Positions 9,075-13,256 of a stretch of DNA of 13,256 nt are shown in pieces; the first letter of the stretch is position 1, and each line of letters begins with the position of its first letter. This DNA comes from Rhodospirillales bacterium. Its GTDB lineage: Bacteria; Pseudomonadota; Alphaproteobacteria; Bin95. Both the position numbers and the translations under genes were made by a program. The DNA lies in NCBI GenBank assembly GCA_038143065.1, contig JAYQLI010000022.1:1-13256 (forward strand). The letters are read 5' to 3'. Under the pieces are notes generated by a model. It saw nothing but the letters and a program-made list of their open reading frames with translations. It searched no databases and was not told where the DNA came from.

Positions 9075-9752
9075 ATGACGGGCAAGCAGCAACGCATTCA
9101 AGCGCTTATAAAATCTGTTATTGCCTATCGTTCCTAGGGCGCTTCGCAAGGCGTTGACCTGGTGCTGAGCAAGCTTGCAGGCATGGATTTGTCAGATAAA
9201 AATCTTGTTGATATGCCGCCCCAAAAAGCCGCCATGATGCAGTTCTGGGTAGCGCTATCGATTTGATAACGTCACCTCAATTGTCTGAAATTGCCAATTG
9301 CTTGAAAGCTGCTAAAGAAGATCTAACTTGGTGTGAAGACAATTCTGAGTTTTATTCTCCCGATGCCGATTTAGGTGCAGGTTATAAAAAATGCAATTTG
9401 CATACTTTGCTAATTGGACCGAACTCATGTGGATATTCGCAGCCTGATTTTAGCCTAGGCATTTTTATGCTCGGTCCATGGACTTTATACCGAGACCACT
9501 GTCACGACGCGCCAGAGCTTTACCTTAATCTCTCCGAGCGATCTGGTTGGCGCTTTGGCGACCAGCAATGGATGGATTATTCGGCTGGCTCGTTTTGTCT
9601 GGAATGAGGCTGGTGCTCCTCACGCTACCAGGGTTTATGGTCAGCCATTCATTTCAGTCTTTGTTTGGCTGAGAATGTGAACGCAACCTGCAATGTAATC
9701 ACTTTGACACTGGGAAGAGATTGAGCAAAAGCTGGCCAGTCAAATCATATGA
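9075..9752 (+). CDS. DMSP-lyase-family cupin protein (DddQ/DddL-like); frameshifted
   Basis: Reconstructed ~225 aa: MTGKQQRIQALIKSV...LSKLAGMDLSDKNLVDMPPQK...LSEIANCLKAAKEDLTWCEDN...LHTLLIGP...DFSLGIFMLGPWTLYRDHCHDAPELYLNLS...WRFG...SFVWNEAGAPHATRVYGQPFISVFVW...EEIEQKLASQII*. Cupin motif 1 is Y-x-x-H-x-H-x-x-x-E-x-Y and motif 2 is PHA...P...W, as in DddQ/DddL-type lyases. Confidence 0.75.
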
Positions 9753-9763
9753 GGCTTTGAAAC

Positions 9764-11872
9764 ATGTTTTCCATCACAAAGAAGCAGGGGATAGCTCTCA
9801 TTGAGTTGAATTCTCCGCCAGTTAACGCTCTTGATCTGAAGATGCGGAAGGCACTTTCAGCCAGCATTGCTGAACTGGGAACTGATGATGAAATAAAAGC
9901 CATGGTATATGTTCGGCCTTGCCGGTGTTTGTGGTGGCGCCGATATCAATGAGTTCCAAACTGGGCAATTATGGGAAAAGCCTGACCTACCTGATCTGTG
10001 TTTGGCTATTGAAAATAGCATAAAACCTGTAATTGCAGCGATAGTGGGAGCTGCAATGGGAGGTGCGCTAGAAGTCGCACTTGCTTGTGATTATCGCGTC
10101 GCTAGTGAGGACGCTGTGATGGGTCTACCTGAGATCAAATTGGGGCTACTACCTGGTTCAGGCGGCACACAACGACTACCACGAATTGTGGGGCTAGAAG
10201 TGGCAACGCGGATGATCTCTCGGGTGATCCCGTGAAAGGTGAATACGCCCTGTCTTGCGGATTGGTTGACGCGCTGTTTGAGAATGACCAAGATTTTAGC
10301 ACGCATGTTTTGGACTTTGCTACCCGTGTCAGCCATGAGGGCGATCCAAAACGCAGTTGTGAGGATATGACCGTCAAACACCCTGATCCAAGGGTTTCTG
10401 AGGGAATTCCGAGACCAGATAGCGCAAGTCCAAAAACCTTGTGGCCCCTGAGCGTTGCTTGGAATCCATCAAGGCTGCGTGTGAATTTGCCGATGGTTGA
10501 GGGTTGGCACAAGAGAAGAAGGCAGGTTTCGCCGAACTGCTCGACACACCTCATCGCGGCGCGGGCCGTCACCTGTTCTTTGCAGAGCGTGAATGCACAA
10601 AGATTCCGGGCGTTACCCGTGCGGATCAGCCACGTGACATTACATCGGTCGCCGTGATTGGTGCCGGAACAATGGGTCGTGGCATTGCCATCGCTTTCTT
10701 CAGGCTGGGTATCCGGTCGCTCTTCTGGAAACTGCGCAAGGCGCGCTCGAACTGGGACTGGAAAAGGTCCGAGAGCATTTCCAGCGCGCGAGCCAAAAAG
10801 GGCGGCTCAGTGCCGATCGGGCAGAGGCAATCGCCGCCAACGCCACCGGGACGCTCAGCTACGGCGACCTTGCAGCGGCCGACCTAATCATTGAAGCGGC
10901 GTTTGAAAGCATGGATGTCAAACGCCAGATTTTTGAAGCCCTGGACCGACACGCAAAACCTGGCGCGATACTGGCCTCAAACACATCGACATTGATCTTG
11001 ATGAAATCGCCGCAGTCACATCACGTCCGGAGGATGTGGATTCCCATTTCTTCAGCCCGGCGAATGTCATGCGCTTGCTGGAGGTGGTGCGGGCGCCAAG
11101 ACCGCTCCCGAAGTCATTGCAACGGCAATCACGGTCGCAAAGAAGATCCGAAAGCTCCCTGTCACGGTTGGCGTGTGCTACGGCTTTGTTGGAAACCGGA
11201 TGCTGGAACCATACTTCCGCGAAGGATCCCGTCTGCTTCTAGAGGGGGCGACGCCGAAACAGGTGGATGACGTCCTTGAAGGCTTCGGCATGGCCATGGG
11301 CATTCATGCGATGGCAGATCTGGCCGGAGTCGATGTGGGCGCACGCGTGCGTCAGGAACGGAGTATTGAAATCGCGCATGACCCGACATACCAGGCTGTG
11401 CAGGACAGGTTGTTTGAACTAGGCCGACTGGGTCAGAAAACCGGGCGAGGAAGCTATGTCTACGAGGGGCGGACACGGGTCGAAGACCCAGAGATTGTTC
11501 AAATCAGTGCCCATTTGGCGGACTTTCATGGCGTGAACGCAGGGAAATCGACGATCAGGAAAATCCTTGAGCGTTGTTTGTTCCCCCTGATCAACGAGGG
11601 CTTCTTGATCCTTGAGAGAAATTGCAACGCGCCCGGGTGATTGCGACCTGATCTGGGTCAATGGCTATGGCTTCCCAAACTGGCGCGGCGGCCCGATGCA
11701 CTATGCCGATGAGATTGGATTAAGTCAGATTTTGGAACGCATGACCCACTATCGGCAGTCGCTAGGTACCTATGGTGAGATGTGGTTCACGCCTGCGCCT
11801 TTGCTGGAACAACTTGCAACCTCGGGCGTGACACTTGACGCACATTTTGATGCCAAAAAGGAAAAATCATGA
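9764..11872 (+). CDS. Bifunctional enoyl-CoA hydratase / 3-hydroxyacyl-CoA dehydrogenase (PimF/FadB-like); frameshifted
   Basis: Crotonase domain: [54 protein letters not shown] domain: [83 protein letters not shown]. About 700 codons. Confidence 0.92.
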
Positions 11873-13053
11873 GAGAAGCCGTTATCGTCTCAACCGCACG
11901 AACCCCCATTGGGGTTGCCTTCAAAGGTGCGCTGAACAACATCAAGTCCCCTACCATGATGGGGCACGCCATGCAGCACGCGGTTGAACGTGCAGGCGTG
12001 GACCCCGGTTTGATCGAAGATGTTGTCATCGGATCGGTCCTGACTGCGGGAACAGCAGGCATGAATGTCGCTCGTTTGTCGGCGCTGGCTGCGGGCCTTC
12101 CCAATACGGTGGCAGGACAGACGATCGACAGGCAATGCTCCTCCGGGTTGATGGCCATTGCGACGGCTGCAAAGCAGATCATCGTGGATGGTCAGAATGT
12201 CGCCGTGGCTGGCGGGCAGGAGAATATTTCCGCCCTGCAGAATGCCTATTTGAAATGGGCGGGCGATGAGAAAGATCCAAATGTTATCGCCCGATCTGAG
12301 CATGCCTACATGCCGATGCTGATGACGGCGGAAAATGTGGCTAGGACCTATGGGATAAGCCGTGACGCCCAGGATGAATACGCAGCACTGTCGCAGGAAC
12401 GAACTGCACATGCACAGGCAGCTGGCGCCTTTGAAGACGAGATCGTCCCGATCAATGCGATAAAGCGGGTCAAGAACCGCGAAACCGGAGAGGAAACCCA
12501 GGAAGAGGTGACCTTATCAAAAGACGAAGGCAACCGGCCGGGTACAACGGCTGAAACACTTGGGGCATTGAATCCGGTTGTCGAAGGCGGCGTGATCACA
12601 GCCGGAAACGCAAGCCAGCTTTCTGATGGGGCTTCAGCCTGTGTGATCATGGAAGGCAAAATGGCTGAGCAACAGGGCCTCACACCGCTGGGTATCTATC
12701 GCGGTATGGCAGTTGCAGGAAACGCACCGGAAGAGATGGGGGTCGGCCTGATTTATGCTATTCCAAAGCTGCTCAACAATGTCAGGTCTGCAAATTGATG
12801 ATATTGGACTTTGGGAACTTAACGAAGCCTTCGCCTGCCAAGTCCTCTATTGCCGAGATCGCCTTGGTATGACCCAGAAATTTATAATGTGAATGGCGGT
12901 GCCATATCAATCGGTCACCCGTATGGTATGACAGGGGCAAGACAAGTTGGACACGCTCTACTTGAGGGTAAGCGCCGTGGCGTGAAATACGTGGTCACAT
13001 CCATGTGCGTTGGTGGAGGTATGGGAGCCGCCGCTTTGTTTGAGGTTGTGTGA
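11869..13053 (+). CDS. Acetyl-CoA C-acyltransferase (3-ketoacyl-CoA thiolase, PimB-like); frameshifted near 12790-12860
   Basis: [15 protein letters not shown]; catalytic RQCSSG; [12 protein letters not shown]; ELNEAFA; [19 protein letters not shown]; [14 protein letters not shown] overlap with the upstream gene. Confidence 0.95.
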
Positions 13054-13099
13054 TTAAATTCTCACTTCAAATGAACACTGAAATTGTTCAAATTTTCTT

Positions 13100-13185
13100 C
13101 CCACCGCCTCCGCCAATCCTACAACCAAGATCCGACGCGCCGAAGCATAGCCCGTTATCCGCCCCCGCCCCAACAGACATCCAAA
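13100..13185 (+). repeat. Repeat family 2, copy D: tRNA-Ser-like 3' end (CCCACCGCCTCCGCCA; att core) plus arm
   Basis: 13100-13115 parses as T-stem CCCAC + acceptor CGCCTCC + discriminator G + CCA. G73 and a GGAG-pairing acceptor are typical of tRNA-Ser. No tRNA 5' half upstream. Homologous to 5925-6007 in reverse complement. Confidence 0.8.
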
Positions 13186-13256
13186 TCTGGGTAGGAAACG
13201 GCTCCAGTAACCCCGGCGCTCCAACCTCGAACCTCTGTCCTTCCTGTAGACAAGGT

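Noticed and set aside
10091-12683. Several antisense ORFs (e.g. 10135..10572, 11890..12411, 12348..12683)
   Set aside because: Shadow ORFs opposite well-supported GC-rich genes, with no motifs of their own.
13186-13256. GC-rich tail with a faint resemblance to a structured RNA (6S-like CGGCGCTCCAACCTCGAACC) or an IS end
   Set aside because: Truncated by the window edge and no convincing fold or family signature; an Rfam/ISfinder search on a longer sequence would be needed.

Overview
This 13.3-kb window looks like DNA from a marine alphaproteobacterium, probably Rhodobacteraceae/Roseobacter-like (inferred from the protein families). Nearly every gene carries several 1-2 nt indels, most simply explained as uncorrected long-read error, so I reconstructed genes across frames. 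Left to right: (i) a minus-strand TRAP transporter operon (dctP-dctQ-dctM, dctM running off the left edge) and a divergent EamA/DMT transporter; (ii) a ~2.5-kb zone of mobile-element debris (3755-6250) with a second EamA gene inside a ~175-bp imperfect inverted repeat ending in a tRNA-3'-like sequence, two inverted iteron-like arrays, a small hypothetical gene and a truncated tyrosine integrase; (iii) a ~7-kb catabolic cassette: a divergent GcvA-type LysR regulator, then a DmdB/PA4198-like acyl-CoA ligase, a DMSP-lyase-family (DddQ/DddL-like) cupin, a bifunctional enoyl-CoA hydratase/3-hydroxyacyl-CoA dehydrogenase and a thiolase. The cassette is bracketed by a second ~85-bp inverted repeat that starts with a tRNA-Ser-like 3' end. 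The best candidate for an undescribed system is this operon: a DMSP-lyase-type cupin coupled to a beta-oxidation module lacking an acyl-CoA dehydrogenase. It could degrade a longer 3-hydroxy sulfonium compound such as gonyol (hypothesis only).
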